64,000 bases of DNA from Candidatus Moraniibacteriota bacterium (GTDB lineage: Bacteria; Patescibacteriota; Minisyncoccia; Moranbacterales; UBA1568). This document shows positions 1 through 11,986 of the stretch, one piece after another. The notes below the pieces were generated by a model that made no database searches, had not been told where the DNA came from, and was given only the letters and a program-made list of their open reading frames with translations. Positions within the stretch are counted from its first letter, which is position 1; every line of letters begins with the position of its first letter. The DNA lies in contig CP064994.1 of the NCBI GenBank assembly GCA_016699975.1, positions 981,874-1,045,873 of the forward strand, given 5' to 3'. The translations under genes were made by a program, and so were the position numbers.

Positions 1-1
1 G

Positions 2-1530
2 ATGTTCAAAGACAACGTTTTTCTTGTCCGCATTCAAACAGCCGGAAAAACGGCAAACGAAGATAGAATTGAAATTCGAAACGAAAACGACTGCGCGCTT
101 GATCTTTCCGACTGGAAACCCGGAAACGAACAGCGAGTGGAAGTGAGTCATCAATCAAGACAATCTCCGATGGGACAATCGTTTCGGGCGGCGCATCGAT
201 CTTCTGGGCAAACAGCGACCAAGGACTGAGCGACACGCTCCTCGCCAACGAGAAAAGCACGGCGACCCTCGCAAACGACAACGCGGTTGCCCTCTTCGAT
301 CAAGACGATCACCTTATCGATTCGCTTTCGTGGGGATCGGTTTCCAAACCCTTTCGCGAAGACGAGCCCCATACCGACAACCCCCACAAAGGGGAGATAA
401 TTGTGCGGAAAGACAAAAATTCCGCAGAGAAAGAAACTGCCGAGTTTCCTTCCATCACACACACGGAGACCAAAAAATACGACCGCTGCGGCGCTTCGAA
501 AGACACAGCGAAAGCAGGTGTGGTTTTTTCAGAAATCCTTTCGAATCCGAAAGGCGATGAAGATGCCGAAGAATATATCGAGCTCGAAAACACGAGCGAC
601 CGTTTGGTTGATCTCTCGGAATGGAAACTCCGCGACGCGTCGAAAACCGGGAAATACACATTCCCCAACGGATTGAGCATACCAGCGCACGCGTTCCTCG
701 TCCTCGCACGATCCGATTTCTCCTTTTCCCTCAATAACACCAACGAAACGCTCACCCTCGAAGACCCCCGCGGCGAAACAGCCGACACCGTCTCATGGAA
801 AACATCCAAAGAAAATATCGCGCTTGCGCGCGACCAAAAAAGGTGGCGCTCAACATCATTTCTCACTCGAGACAAAGCGAATCAATTCGGAAGTGACCCC
901 ACCCTCGCCACCACTTTCCCAAAAAAAGCTGTGGTTGGCGTCCCACTCGAATTCTCCGCCTCCCTGAGAAACGGCGAATCGAAAAAGACGAAAGTTGCCT
1001 GGAATTTTGGCGACGGCAAGAAGAGCTACAAAGGAACAACGACACACACGTTTGCCAAGAAAGGCCGCTACACAATAACCGTGACAGGAACAGATGGTGT
1101 TTCGGATCTTGTGAAAACGAAAACACTTTCAGTGAAAAAATATGAAACCCCCACAATTCGCATTGTCGCTCTCATGCCGAATCCCGCGGGAAAGGACACG
1201 AAAGTGGAGTGGATCACCATCGAAAACCGCTCCAAGAAGTCCGTTGATCTGAAGGGATGGAGTATCGCCACAAAATCAAAAACACAGACAAAAAATTTCA
1301 CGAATCACCTTATCACAAAATCCCTGACGATAAAGCCAGGAGAAAAAAAGCGTCTCACCAAGAAACATGCAGCCTTCACGCTCGGAAACACCCGCCAATA
1401 TATTGAGCTTCGCGATCCCCGAAAAAAGACGCTGCAGAGCATTCGCTATAAACTCGAAAAGAGCGCTCCCGATGATGCTGTCTACACCAAAACACCAGGG
1501 AGACCCTGGACATGGTCGAGCGCATCTTGA
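2..1530 (+). CDS. Lamin-tail-domain (LTD) x3 plus PKD-domain surface protein, 5'-partial (continues upstream of window); frameshift near 145-150
   Basis: Three LTD-like segments with the GxD...EWIEL.N...VDLSGW.L...F.FP pattern (aa from nt 2-400, 540-840, 1150-1450). A PKD-like segment (VAWNFGDGKKSYKGTTTHTFAKKGRYTITVTGTD) lies between them. The reading frame switches from frame 2 to frame 1 inside the first LTD. Confidence 0.6.
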
Positions 1531-1770
1531 CGACGATTCTGAAAACGGCTACAAAGGAATCACGTTCCTTCACAACTCATCTCGATTCTCGATTGATTGA
1601 TAGTTGAAAGGAGCGACGCCCCCAAAGGGACATTGTAGGCTTCCTTCGAGGAGCCGCGTTTTTCTTTTGGGAACATTCGCCGATAAATTCGGAGAATCGG
1701 AGAAGGAAAATGAAAGTACCAATTTTTTTTAGTAGCACAAGCTGACCCCTGAGACGCCCCTCCCCCAAAA

Positions 1771-1795
1771 GGCTAAGGGGCTAAGGGGCTAAGGA
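1771..1795. repeat. Tandem ggctaagg x3 micro-repeat
   Basis: Direct reading: ggctaaggggctaaggggctaagg. Confidence 0.7.
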
Positions 1796-2043
1796 GTGGC
1801 AGACTCCCTATGGGTCAAAATCTGCCACCTTCCCGAAAGGATCCCAACCTTTCGGCGGAACAACTTTTTACCTCCGGGCGGCGGAAAAACCAGGGTGAGG
1901 AACCCTCACCAAAAAAGTTTTCCGTCCGCCCGACCAATTTCAAGAAAAGAAAGAATGAAAAAAAAGTCCGGAGAATCCGGACACAGAATAGAATATTGAG
2001 CTTAGAATAATTTTCGCTAGGGGGCCAACCCTCCCCCTCTTTA

Positions 2044-2090
2044 CTTCCGAAAACGATTGGTGGCGTTTTCGGAAGTTTTTTTATTTCCGT
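2044..2090 (+). terminator. Rho-independent terminator (12-bp stem cttccgaaaacg/cgttttcggaag plus T8)
   Basis: Perfect inverted repeat followed by tttttttatttcc on the + strand. Confidence 0.6.
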
Positions 2091-2342
2091 CTTTGTACCA
2101 TGCTCATTTTTCGTACCACATTCAAGGGAAGCGCTGCCCCCGCAGAAGAACTTTTTTCGCTTGACGCCTTCCTACTAGAGCGCTTATTCCAAAAAAAACA
2201 GTACTCACATGGAAGGATAAAAGAGAATGCGCAGAGAAGAACACCCCAAAGGAAGAAAACCCCTTGCGCGGAGTAGTTTCACAACTTTCAGAAAAGCTAA
2301 GACTTAAAGAAGGACCTTTTAAGACGAATTTTTCTCAGCTCT

Positions 2343-2639
2343 TTACCGGCGAACAATATCCGCAAGCGCTCTTCGACTATCCTGGTCGTCGAGACGATTC
2401 CGTTTCTCGTGTCCGCAAACAAGACAACGGTGAAGAACGCCCCATATTCCATGGTCGAGAAACAGTGAGGCAGGTTCCATCATACCGAGACATTCGGCGG
2501 CGCGATCCCCAGGAAAAATATCCACGTGCCGACTCCACAGACACGCCGGGCAATGATTCGTGTAGCCGTTTCCGAAAACGTCGACACCGCAGTGAAGACA
2601 GGTAAAATTTTCTCGGAAGCGTTTAAAAAGGGGTGACAT
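2343..2639 (-). CDS. RNHCP-domain zinc-ribbon protein (98 aa)
   Basis: Three CxxC pairs and the motif YTNHCPACLWSRHVD, recalled as the RNHCP signature; isolated ORF in a gene-poor stretch. Confidence 0.45.
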   Translation of the reverse strand: MSPLFKRFRENFTCLHCGVDVFGNGYTNHCPACLWSRHVDIFPGDRAAECLGMMEPASLFLDHGIWGVLHRCLVCGHEKRNRLDDQDSRRALADIVRR

Positions 2640-3185
2640 GGGTAAAAAGAGAAAAGAAAAAATAGAAGAAAAAAAGGAGAAACAAGAATGGAAATAGCGT
2701 CAGAAAGAAAGTGTTGAACGAAGTAAAAATAAGATCAACTTCCAGGAGGAGTGAAAGCGGTGTTCGCTCGCGGCTCTTTTTTTGTCTTCCCTTCACTCCC
2801 GCGCTTCTCCTCCATTCTCTCCCAGAGCCGCATAGCATAAGATGGGGACTGAGGGATATTTCCAGCCATCACTCCCTCGTGCTCGCGCGACGATCGTTGA
2901 GCGCTTTCCCTTGACAGGAATTCGCGCTTCTATCAAAATAGACCAACCGTGCCGATTCTTCAACCCCTGAAAATATTCAAAACACGCTCCAAAAAAACGA
3001 GTAATCAAAGGCTTTTGGGTTTCTGTGATCCTCTCTTGTGAACCAGCCTCTTTATCATATTAAATGAGGGCCAACTAACTACACGATTCCGAAAAATACT
3101 TTCCTGCGAACTCTCCCTCCTCGGTTCTCTGCCAAAACTCGTAGATTCATCGCTCAAATTTCTTCATCATTTTCCCGTTTTCGTT

Positions 3186-4280
3186 ATGACTCGCACTCGA
3201 CTCATCATCACCGTACTCGTAGTGATTGCCCTGGGCACATCGGTATTCTGGTTCGCGAAACGCCCTTCCAAAACTCCTGAGGAATCTTCCGTAAAAGATT
3301 CCAATCATGCGACTCCAGAAATCGTCACCGCAAAAGCGAAGGATCTCGCGGCGCGCGTAACCGAAGAGCGTATCCCCGCGATCGTCGCCGCGGAGAATGA
3401 AACAGCGATCGTCGCTCAAACGAGCGGCACCGTCACTTCGGTCTCATTCTCTCTCGGCAAAGCGGTTTCGATCGGAACGCCCCTTGTTCGAATCGCCGAC
3501 CCCGCAAGTTCTGTTGCCTCCAAAAGCGGAATACGTTCCGACACGATTCGCCAAGCCGAAATAGATGCTTCACTCGCTCGGAAATCCTACAAAGAAGCGA
3601 AGCGCCTCGCTGAGAAATACACGAATAAAGAGAGCTACTCCGCCCGAGATGTGGCAAAGCTCCGTCTCGAAAGCGCCGAAGTCGCACTTACAAATGCACT
3701 CGAAAGCTCAATCGTCCGCTCTCCCGCTTCGGGAACGGTGATCGAAAAATCGGTGGGAGTTGGGAGCTCCGTCGCTCCAGGAACCGTCCTCGCAAAAGTC
3801 GCCTCGAAAAGCGAGCCCGTCGTTCGTTTCCATGTTTCAAGCGACACGCTTGCTTCGCTTGAACTCGGACAAGAAATTTCTGTACAAAAAGGGACAGGCG
3901 GAGTAAATGGAAAACGCGCCTCCATTACTGCAATAAGCCGAAACGCTGATCCTTTGACGGGGAAATTCCCCGTTGAGGCGACACTTTCGGGTGCAACATT
4001 TTCACCCGGTACCGTGGTGAGCGTTGTTCTTCCGATTCGCTTGGTCGCAGAGGCAGAAGGGTTTTCGCTTGCACTCCCGCTCTCCGCCGTCACTACCTCT
4101 CAGGAAGGCTCGTTCTTCTTCATCGAAGAAAACGGAAAGGCCACAAAAGTTCCGGTAAAGAATATTTCCGTTTCCGGCGAATCCGCCCTCGTCTCTGCCG
4201 ATATTTCAGACGATGCAAATGTGATCGTTGAGAGCGGCGCAACTCTTGAAGAGGCCCTCCCCGTACGACACAAAGAGTAA
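3186..4280 (+). CDS. Efflux RND transporter periplasmic adaptor subunit (HlyD/MFP family)
   Basis: N-terminal TM anchor, lipoyl-like hairpin, coiled coil, beta-barrel (IVRSPASGTVIEKSVGVGSSVAPGTVLAKV); immediately upstream of the RND pump. Confidence 0.75.
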   Translation: MTRTRLIITVLVVIALGTSVFWFAKRPSKTPEESSVKDSNHATPEIVTAKAKDLAARVTEERIPAIVAAENETAIVAQTSGTVTSVSFSLGKAVSIGTPLVRIADPASSVASKSGIRSDTIRQAEIDASLARKSYKEAKRLAEKYTNKESYSARDVAKLRLESAEVALTNALESSIVRSPASGTVIEKSVGVGSSVAPGTVLAKVASKSEPVVRFHVSSDTLASLELGQEISVQKGTGGVNGKRASITAISRNADPLTGKFPVEATLSGATFSPGTVVSVVLPIRLVAEAEGFSLALPLSAVTTSQEGSFFFIEENGKATKVPVKNISVSGESALVSADISDDANVIVESGATLEEALPVRHKE

Positions 4281-4295
4281 TTTCAATTGACTGAG

Positions 4296-4340
4296 AGTGT
4301 ATTCGATTGAATGAGAATGTATTCGATTGAATGAGAATGT
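4296..4340. repeat. 20-bp tandem repeat (gtattcgattgaatgagaat x2 plus partial)
   Basis: Direct reading in the MFP-RND intergenic spacer. Confidence 0.7.
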
Positions 4341-4551
4341 GGGGATAAGAAACAATTCCGTATTTTTCCGAAAAATTTGTGCGACTGCCACTCATTGCGT
4401 ACAAAAGAAGAGTCTGAAAAAGAAGTGCTCACAGAAGGAAGAGTGCGATATCGCGAAGAACTGAGATCCTCCCGAACACGCTCGCAAGAAAGACAAAAGT
4501 CGAATTTTACAAGAAGACGATATCACGTCATCAAAATTCCCAGGACAGAAA

Positions 4552-7500
4552 ATGCTGCACTTTTCCGAGAACAAAACGTCCGCACAATTCCTGACAACAT
4601 TCGCCATGACTTCCAACAACACCACACCGCCGCGTTCCTCCGATTCCGAATACCTCGAACACCTCGAGTTTGATCCCACGCTTCGAAAAAGCGCTTTCAA
4701 TTTTTTCGTAACGCGCCCTCGGGTCATTCTCCTTCTTATCGCTGCGATTTCGATGTGGGGAATATGGTCTTTTCTTCGACTCCCGCGCGAATCGAATCCG
4801 GAAGTGAAAATTCCCATTGCCGTCGTCGCGACACCCTTCCCGGGCGCGTCGCCCGCAGACGTCGAAGAGCTCGTTACCAAAAAAATTGAAACGAAAATAA
4901 GCGGCCTTTCGGGTATCAAAAAAATAACATCGACGTCTGCCACTTCCCTTTCCGCAGTCACCGTCGAATACGAAGCGAACGAGCCGCTCGATGATGCCAT
5001 TCGCCGCCTTCGCGACGCCGTCTCGGAAGTAAAAAACGAACTTCCCGACAACGCGGAAGATCCTTCCGTCAAAGAGATTTCATTCGATGACCAGCCAATC
5101 CTGACGATCGCCCTCTCCGGAACAGTTTCGGGACTCTCCCTCCGTGATCTCGCCGACACCATACAAGACGAGCTCGAAAAAATTCCCGGTATTCGCGAAG
5201 TGAACATTTCGGGCGGCGACGAACGGGAAATAGAGGTCGCCTATGATCCTGCGAAACTTTCCGCCCTCAACATTTCCGCCGACGAGGCAAACCGTGTCAT
5301 TGCCGCGACGAACCGCGCTATCCCGGGAGGCGCGAAAGACGGTGAACGATTCTCTTACCCGATCCGTACGGACGCTCGCTTCTTTACGGCCGAGGAACTC
5401 GGGAATCTTCCCGTTCGATTCTTTGAAAATGGCGGCACGATTCTCCTCAAAGACATCGCCGACGTACGCGAACACGCGATCAAGCGCACCGTTCTTTCGC
5501 GCCTCTCGGCAAACGGTTCGACCCCGCAAGAATCAATTACGCTCGATGTCGTGAAACGAACCGGCGGTTCCATTATCGAGACCGTCGACGAAGCAAACGC
5601 TACCATGAGTCGTCTCGAAAAAACTTTCCCCACAGGCACCCACCTGGACCGTCACTGTCGACTTCGCGAAAGAAATTCGAAAAAATTTCGACGAGCTCAC
5701 GCGCGACTTTTTCATAACCGTGGGGCTCGTAATGGGCACTCTTCTGCTCATTGTCGGACTCAAAGAAGCAATCATTGCCGGCATGACGATCCCACTCGTT
5801 TTCTTCATCACATTCGGCACGATGCTCCTCTCAGGGATTTCGCTTAACTTCTTATCGCTCTTTTCACTCCTCCTCTCGATGGGACTTTTGGTCGACGACG
5901 CGATCGTCGTCGTTTCGGCGACGAAGCAGTATTTGCGAACCGGAAAATTCACCCCCGAAGAAGCGGTTCTTCTTGTCCTTCGCGATTTCAAGGTTGTCCT
6001 CACCACAACCACTCTCGACCGTTTTTGCATTTCTTCCGCTCCTCCTTGCAACAGGCATCATTGGCGAATTCATCAAATCGATTCCGATCACTGTTTCCGT
6101 GACACTCATCGCTTCGCTCCTCATCGCGCTCATGATCAATCACCCGCTTGCCGCGGCACTCGAGCGCATTCGCTTTACACGAACTTGGTTCTTTCTCTCA
6201 ATCGTGTCGCTCGGCGCACTCGGAATTCTCGGTATCTTTCTCAAAACATTTGCAGGGTACGCGCTTTCTGGTGTTGCCGCTCTTCTTATCGTGCGACTCG
6301 TTTTCTGGTTCTTCATTTCACGGGGTCGCGAAGCGCTCGCCCAAAACAAAGCGCTCGTCGAAGCCGAATGGGCAAGCGACGAACGAATAAAAGCGAGACT
6401 CAAAGCAGCCGGAAACCATGAGGACAAAACCTGGAAGGATCGTCTGATTCACGGCATGATTCATTTTGATCGCATCATTCCTCCGTATGAGCGGCTTTTG
6501 CGAAGCATTCTCGTCAGTACCAAAAGAAAGTGGCTCGTCTTACTGGGAACAGGCGCGCTCTTCGTCGGCTCTGTGCTCCTCCCCGTTTTCGGGATCGTGC
6601 CCACTGAGTTTTTCCCTCCGTCGGATGAAGAGCTCATTTTCGTCAATCTCGAAGCGCCCGTCGGCTTGAAGCTCGAGGAAACTGACAAAATCGTCAAGAA
6701 AATAGAAGACAAGCTTCTCCTCTATCCGGAAGTGATCGACTTTTCGACCGTCGTCGGAAACGCAGGCGTTTCCCAAGACGGCACGGGCGGATCGGGAGGA
6801 AGCGGCACGCATCTCGCAGGCATTGTAATCAAGTTGTCCGACAAACACGATCGCAATCGCACATCGGTCGAACTCGCCGATACGATGCGTGATGATTTTG
6901 CGACGCTCTCGGGAGGCACGATCACGGTTGCGAGTCTCGCAGGCGGTCCGCCATCAGGAGCTTCGTTTGAAGCACGTATCTCCGGTGATGACCTCCGCGA
7001 ACTTGAAAAAATTTCAAATGACCTCAAGAAAATCCTCGCGGATATTCCCGGAACAACGAATATTTCGACATCCCTCAAAAACGCTCCCGCCGATTATACC
7101 TTCTCCCTTGACCGAGCAAAGCTCGCCGCATACGGACTCGATGCAACAAGCGTCGGCTCGACACTCAGGATGGCGATTTCCGGGACGACGGTTACCACCA
7201 TTCTCCGCAACAATACCGAAATCAATGTGAATGCGACCCTCAGTGACGTCGCAGTCCCCACCCTTGCGGATCTCAAAAATATTGAACTCACAAATGCGTC
7301 GGGAAAACGTATTCGCCTGGGAGATATCGCGACGATTGAGCTCAAACCCTCGCTCGACTCCATCACACGAATCGACCAAAAGCGAACGGCTCGCCTCTCG
7401 GCAGGTGTCACCACGGGAACACGACCCAACGAAGTGCTCGCTACCTTCCAAAAAAATGTGCGTGAGACGTACTCGCTTCCCGAGGGATATACACTTTCCT

Positions 7501-8033
7501 ACGGCGGCGAGAACGAACAAAACGAGGAATCCGTCGCTTCGATTCTTCGCGCCCTAGTGATTGCGATTGCGCTGATCGTCGCAACCCTCATCATTCAGTT
7601 CAACTCCGTACGCCAAGCAGTGATCGTGCTTGCGACACTTCCACTTGCAATGATCGGGGTCTTTATCGGCATGGCGATATTCGGCATCGCTCTTTCTTTC
7701 CCAGGACTGATCGGCATTCTTGCTCTCTTCGGCATTGTCGTAAAAAATGCGATCATCTTGATCGACAAAATGAATCTGAATTGGAAGAGCGGCCTCGAAT
7801 TTACGGAAGGAATTGTGGATGCGGGAAAGTCCCGAATCGAGGCGATCTTCATTACCTCGTTCTCCACCATCCTCGGTCTCATTCCGATCACCCTTTCCGA
7901 TGCTCTGTGGCGCGCCCTCGGCACCGCCATCATTTTCGGACTCGCCGTTTCTTCGTTCTTTACGCTCCTCATTATTCCAATTCTCTCTTCCATGCTCTCA
8001 AAGAAGCATCACGAAAGCACTCCAACCTCTTGA
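4552..8033 (+). CDS. RND efflux pump (AcrB/HAE family), about 1150 aa, two frameshifts (~5640 and ~6012) in this assembly
   Basis: N-terminus FNFFVTRPRVILLLIAAISMWG...IPIAVVATPFPGASP and the AcrB-like C-terminus are both present. The three ORFs 4552-5650, 5650-6015 and 5973-8033 join into a contiguous AcrB-like sequence across the frame switches. Start may be the ATG at 4606. Confidence 0.8.
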
Positions 8034-8127
8034 CAATTGTGCTACAATAAAAAAAGAAAAATGACCCGCCCCTCTGAACGAAACTGTCCGCGCCATTGTC
8101 GAAATCCTGATCGGAAACGGCATCATC

Positions 8128-8592
8128 TTGGTAGTGGTGGCGCTCATTTTTCGTTTCGGCGGTTTTTACGCTGATATCCGCCGCGCGATTGCTGATATCC
8201 GAATCCTCAAAAACAACGTTCGCGCGATTGCGAATTCTCTCGCCAAATCCCCGAATATCGAATTTGATCACTCGCTTCTCAAAGAATACAGCCCACTCCA
8301 ACTGACCGAGAAAGGCGAAGAATTTTTGGAAGCGAAAGCGTTCGATCACATCTTCCGCGACAACAAAGACGTCTTCTTCGCCTCCATTTCCGCCGACAAG
8401 CCGAGCTCAAAATACGATGTCGAGACAAGCGCCTACAAAACGATCTTTGCACTCCTCGAACAACCCTTCTTCAATCCGGTGAAAAAATTCTACTACGAAC
8501 ACCCGAACGAATCGATCCAATCGTTCGCGAAAGTCGGAAGCATTTTCCTGCGCGATCGGTATCTCGAATCCCATCCCGAAATCACCGAATAA
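8128..8592 (+). CDS. Hypothetical protein (154 aa, possibly TTG start)
   Basis: ORF only; downstream terminator at 8765-8796. Confidence 0.3.
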   Translation: MVVVALIFRFGGFYADIRRAIADIRILKNNVRAIANSLAKSPNIEFDHSLLKEYSPLQLTEKGEEFLEAKAFDHIFRDNKDVFFASISADKPSSKYDVETSAYKTIFALLEQPFFNPVKKFYYEHPNESIQSFAKVGSIFLRDRYLESHPEITE

Positions 8593-8764
8593 ATCGCAAG
8601 GGAACGATGCCGTGGCTCACAATAATTTTCAGAAAATGAGAAGAACTTTTCAACTGAAAATACGAAAAGCCAAAGAGGGAGAAGGTCTGTTTCGATTCGG
8701 AAGACCAGAATCCCAAGAGACAAGAGTGTGTTGTGCTCGATGTACCATGATCGCGAAAAACAAA

Positions 8765-8796
8765 AACAGCTCCACCCTGGAAGCTGATTTTTTTAT
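8765..8796 (+). terminator. Intrinsic terminator (cagctccaccctggaagctg plus T7)
   Basis: Hairpin followed by atttttttat. Confidence 0.5.
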
Positions 8797-8901
8797 TGGG
8801 AGCGGTTCGAAAAAGTTCCGTCAGAAAACTGTTTCTCAATTCTCCCAATACTGAAAGTCGAACCATTCGGTAGCACGGGCCGAATACTTCGCTTGACTCT
8901 C

Positions 8902-8942
8902 CCGAAAAAAATTCAAGGGCGAAATGGATTTCCATTTCGCCC
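8902..8942 (-). terminator. Intrinsic terminator for minus-strand small gene (12-bp perfect stem gggcgaaatgga/tccatttcgccc)
   Basis: Perfect hairpin followed on the minus strand by a T-run (plus-strand aaaaaaa at 8904-8910). Confidence 0.55.
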
Positions 8943-8951
8943 TTCCTCAGA

Positions 8952-9179
8952 TTAATGAGCAGGACTCATCCCTCCGTGACGGACAATTTTGTTCGCAAGG
9001 GGACGCCGGGAAACACCCGCACGCTGAAAATTTCCCACTCGATTCCGGTCTCGCGTCGCTCCTTGACGATCATCACCAATCGTCAATAGGTAGGCTTTTG
9101 GGGGAGACCGATGAATCGATCCATCAGCCCCTTCTTCTTTTTTAAGTGAGTTTTTAACTATAACGAGAACTTGTTTCAT
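8952..9179 (-). CDS. Small hypothetical protein (75 aa)
   Basis: ATG preceded by GGAGAGG 5 nt upstream; followed by the perfect-hairpin terminator. Confidence 0.4.
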   Translation of the reverse strand: MKQVLVIVKNSLKKEEGADGSIHRSPPKAYLLTIGDDRQGATRDRNRVGNFQRAGVSRRPLANKIVRHGGMSPAH

Positions 9180-9308
9180 TTTCCTCTCCTGTGGTGTAAC
9201 TTATGAGATCAGAAAACTTTCCAAACAATCGCCGCTGCTCCAGCATGAAAAAAATGGCAGCTGAGTTGGCCTTATTATCAATCCCTTCCTTATCAGTAAG
9301 GATTTCTT

Positions 9309-9626
9309 TCAAAGATCTCTATCCTCTCGATTTTCTTCACTCGGATGTCCATCCAGGAAATCAATCAATGCCTGCACTAGCTCCTTAGTTACCACGATGC
9401 GTTGACTCGCTCGCACTGCAGGAAAAGACCCCTTCCCTTTCTCAAAGCTTTGCGCTGTGATTGTATCGCAAACTATCTTTTTTCTACTCACCGTTTCCGG
9501 CGGCATAATTCTATTCTTTGACTCCACAGCATCGATTCCATTGATTTCTTTTTCTGAACTCTCTTTTCTATCCAGAAAATTCAATTTTGCAATCATCTCG
9601 ACTATCAAGCTTTCGATTCTTTCCAC
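9309..9626 (-). CDS. Hypothetical protein; may join overlapping ORF 9568-9813 through a frameshift
   Basis: Two overlapping minus-strand ORFs in different frames downstream of typA; no recognisable domain. Confidence 0.2.
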   Translation of the reverse strand: MERIESLIVEMIAKLNFLDRKESSEKEINGIDAVESKNRIMPPETVSRKKIVCDTITAQSFEKGKGSFPAVRASQRIVVTKELVQALIDFLDGHPSEENREDRDL

Positions 9627-9900
9627 TTCCCTTCGGAGAGGTCATCAGTCTTTCCAACTCTCTCTTCAAAGTTTCCAGTGCTTTAATTTCTTGAGAAATT
9701 TTTTGAGAAGAAGCCACTGTTTTTCTCCTTTGAGAATTAGTTTTTAATGATCTTTTCTCATCGTTGGGGAGAGAAAAGTATTTCTCAGATGCAACGACAA
9801 AAAATACTAGCAAAACTCCTAAAATTTGTCAAGGATAACCGACACTCGAAAGGAGGAGGTTTGGAGTGGCGCAGGGGAAAGCGGAAATTGGTGGTGATAT

Positions 9901-11688
9901 TTACTTCTTTCGGCTCATTTTGACGCGTTCATTTTCGGTAAGATACTGTTTCCGCAGCCGGACCGATTCCGGTGTAATTTCGAGGTACTCGTCATCAGAC
10001 ATCACTTCAAGACCGCGCTCAATAGAAAGAGTCCACGGCGGCGTGAGCTGGATCGCGTCATCCGAGCCAGATGCGCGCATATTGGTCAGTTGCTTCCCCT
10101 TCGTTGGGTTCACACTCATATCATCGCCCTTCGAGGCGTTCCCGATCACTTGTCCCTCATACACATCGGTCGCCGCGGCGATATAAAGCATCCCGCGATC
10201 CTGCAAATTAAAGAGGGAAAATCCAAGCGCTTTCCCAGTCGCCATCGAAATCATGGAGCCGACACTCCGGTGTTCTATGGTGCCCGCAAAAGGACGAAAT
10301 TCCAAGAACCGCGACGAAAGAATACCCTCGCCCTTCGTATCAACCGTAAACTGTCCTCGGTATCCTAAGAGTCCGCGGGTCGGAATTTCGAAAATGAGTC
10401 GCGAGTCGTTCCCCTGGCCCTGCTTCATATTGGTGAGAATTCCCTTTCGTTTTCCCATGCGTTCAATGACGGCGCCGGAATATTCCGTGGGCACATCAAT
10501 AATCACCTCTTCAAACGGCTCACACTTCGTTCCGTCAATATCCTTCAGAATAACTTTCGGTTGCGACACTTGGCACTCGTACCCTTCGCGGCGCATCGTT
10601 TCGAGGAGAATTGCAATGTGAAGTTCCCCGCGACCCGAGACCAGGAAATGTTCCCCCGAATCGAAATCGACTTTGAGACCGACGTTTATTTCGAGTTCCC
10701 GCCGAAGTCGCTCGCGCAGTTGCTCGCGCGTGACAAATTTTCCTTCCCGCCCAGCAAAAGGCGAATCATTTACGAGAAAGTGAAGCGTGATCGTCGGTTC
10801 ATCGATGGCGATCGACGGCAAGTTTTCCACGTCTTTCGAATGGGCAAGCGTATCACCAATATACACATCGGCGATACCCGCAATCATTGCAATATCCCCG
10901 GCATGCACTTGGGTTACCTCTTCACGACCCATGCCACGGAACGTATACATTTTGGTGACGCGTCCCGAAGCAATTTCTCCGGATGGCTTTTTTGAAACGA
11001 GTGCATCTCCAACCGAGACGGAACCTTCGTACACGCGACAAATCGCGAGGCGTCCCAAAAAATTATCGTATCCCAAATTAAACGGCTGCGCCCGAAATGG
11101 AAGTGCCGTATTATTCCCCGCAGACGGCACCGCTTCGAGAATGGTGTCAAGAAGCGGGGAAAGATTCGACGATTCTTCGTCGAGAGACCGTTTCGCGATC
11201 CCCTGCTTTGCAATTGCATAGACGGTCTTGAATTCAAGCTGTTCATCGGTCGCGCCCAAATCGAGAAACAGTTCGAATACTTGGTCTACCACCCACTCGA
11301 CACGCGCAGCGGGCTTGTCTATTTTATTGACAACTACAATAGGAACAAGACCAAGTTCCAGCGACTTCTTAAGGACGAATCGTGTTTGCGGCATGGGCCC
11401 TTCTTGGGCATCGACAACAAGGAGAACCGAGTCGATCGAGCGCAGCACGCGCTCTACCTCGCTCCCAAAGTCCGCGTGTCCTGGGGTATCAACAATATTG
11501 ATCTTCGTATCCTTGTAGAAAAGCGCGGCGTTCTTCGAATAAATCGTAATACCTCGTTCCCGTTCAAGCGCATTCGAATCCATGCTGACGCCTTCTTCGA
11601 TCATGCCCGTCTCGCGCATGAGAGCATCGGTTAGTGTTGTTTTCCCGTGATCGACGTGTGCGGTAATCGCGATATTTCGGATGTCCAT
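9901..11688 (-). CDS. typA: Translational GTPase TypA/BipA
   Basis: [32 protein letters not shown]; full-length match to BipA architecture. Confidence 0.9.
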   Translation of the reverse strand: MDIRNIAITAHVDHGKTTLTDALMRETGMIEEGVSMDSNALERERGITIYSKNAALFYKDTKINIVDTPGHADFGSEVERVLRSIDSVLLVVDAQEGPMPQTRFVLKKSLELGLVPIVVVNKIDKPAARVEWVVDQVFELFLDLGATDEQLEFKTVYAIAKQGIAKRSLDEESSNLSPLLDTILEAVPSAGNNTALPFRAQPFNLGYDNFLGRLAICRVYEGSVSVGDALVSKKPSGEIASGRVTKMYTFRGMGREEVTQVHAGDIAMIAGIADVYIGDTLAHSKDVENLPSIAIDEPTITLHFLVNDSPFAGREGKFVTREQLRERLRRELEINVGLKVDFDSGEHFLVSGRGELHIAILLETMRREGYECQVSQPKVILKDIDGTKCEPFEEVIIDVPTEYSGAVIERMGKRKGILTNMKQGQGNDSRLIFEIPTRGLLGYRGQFTVDTKGEGILSSRFLEFRPFAGTIEHRSVGSMISMATGKALGFSLFNLQDRGMLYIAAATDVYEGQVIGNASKGDDMSVNPTKGKQLTNMRASGSDDAIQLTPPWTLSIERGLEVMSDDEYLEITPESVRLRKQYLTENERVKMSRKK

Positions 11689-11986
11689 ACAAAATTTCGT
11701 ACAAAAAGAGCGGCTCATCGCCGTCCTGAATCATGCCGTATGATACCGGAGTCGCCAAAAAATGTCAAAACCTTGGACAGAAAAAGAGGGAAATACGTCC
11801 GAAATTCCCCTCACAAAAGGACAGCAGAAGGATGGCGGAAATGTTGTGCGCGGGAAAATTGAGAGAAGGCCCGTTCGTGTTCCAGGATCGTGAAGAAAGT
11901 GAAGAACACGAAAACTTCCGAAAGACCAAGAGCCGGGGAGCTGAAGACCCTGATTCTCTCATCAGGAAATATTCGTGAAACACGCT

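Noticed and set aside
1960-2000. RNase P P4-like words (aaagtccgg ... acagaatagaa)
   Set aside because: The two conserved RNase P blocks should be ~300 nt apart and embedded in a much larger conserved structure. Here they are adjacent within a simple hairpin, so coincidence.
2623-2838. 71-aa minus ORF (FLFLLFFFYFFF...)
   Set aside because: Translation of a purine/pyrimidine homopolymeric tract; not protein-like.
6461-7993. Multiple 80-170-aa ORFs on both strands inside the RND pump
   Set aside because: All overlap the well-supported AcrB-like frame; typical shadow ORFs.
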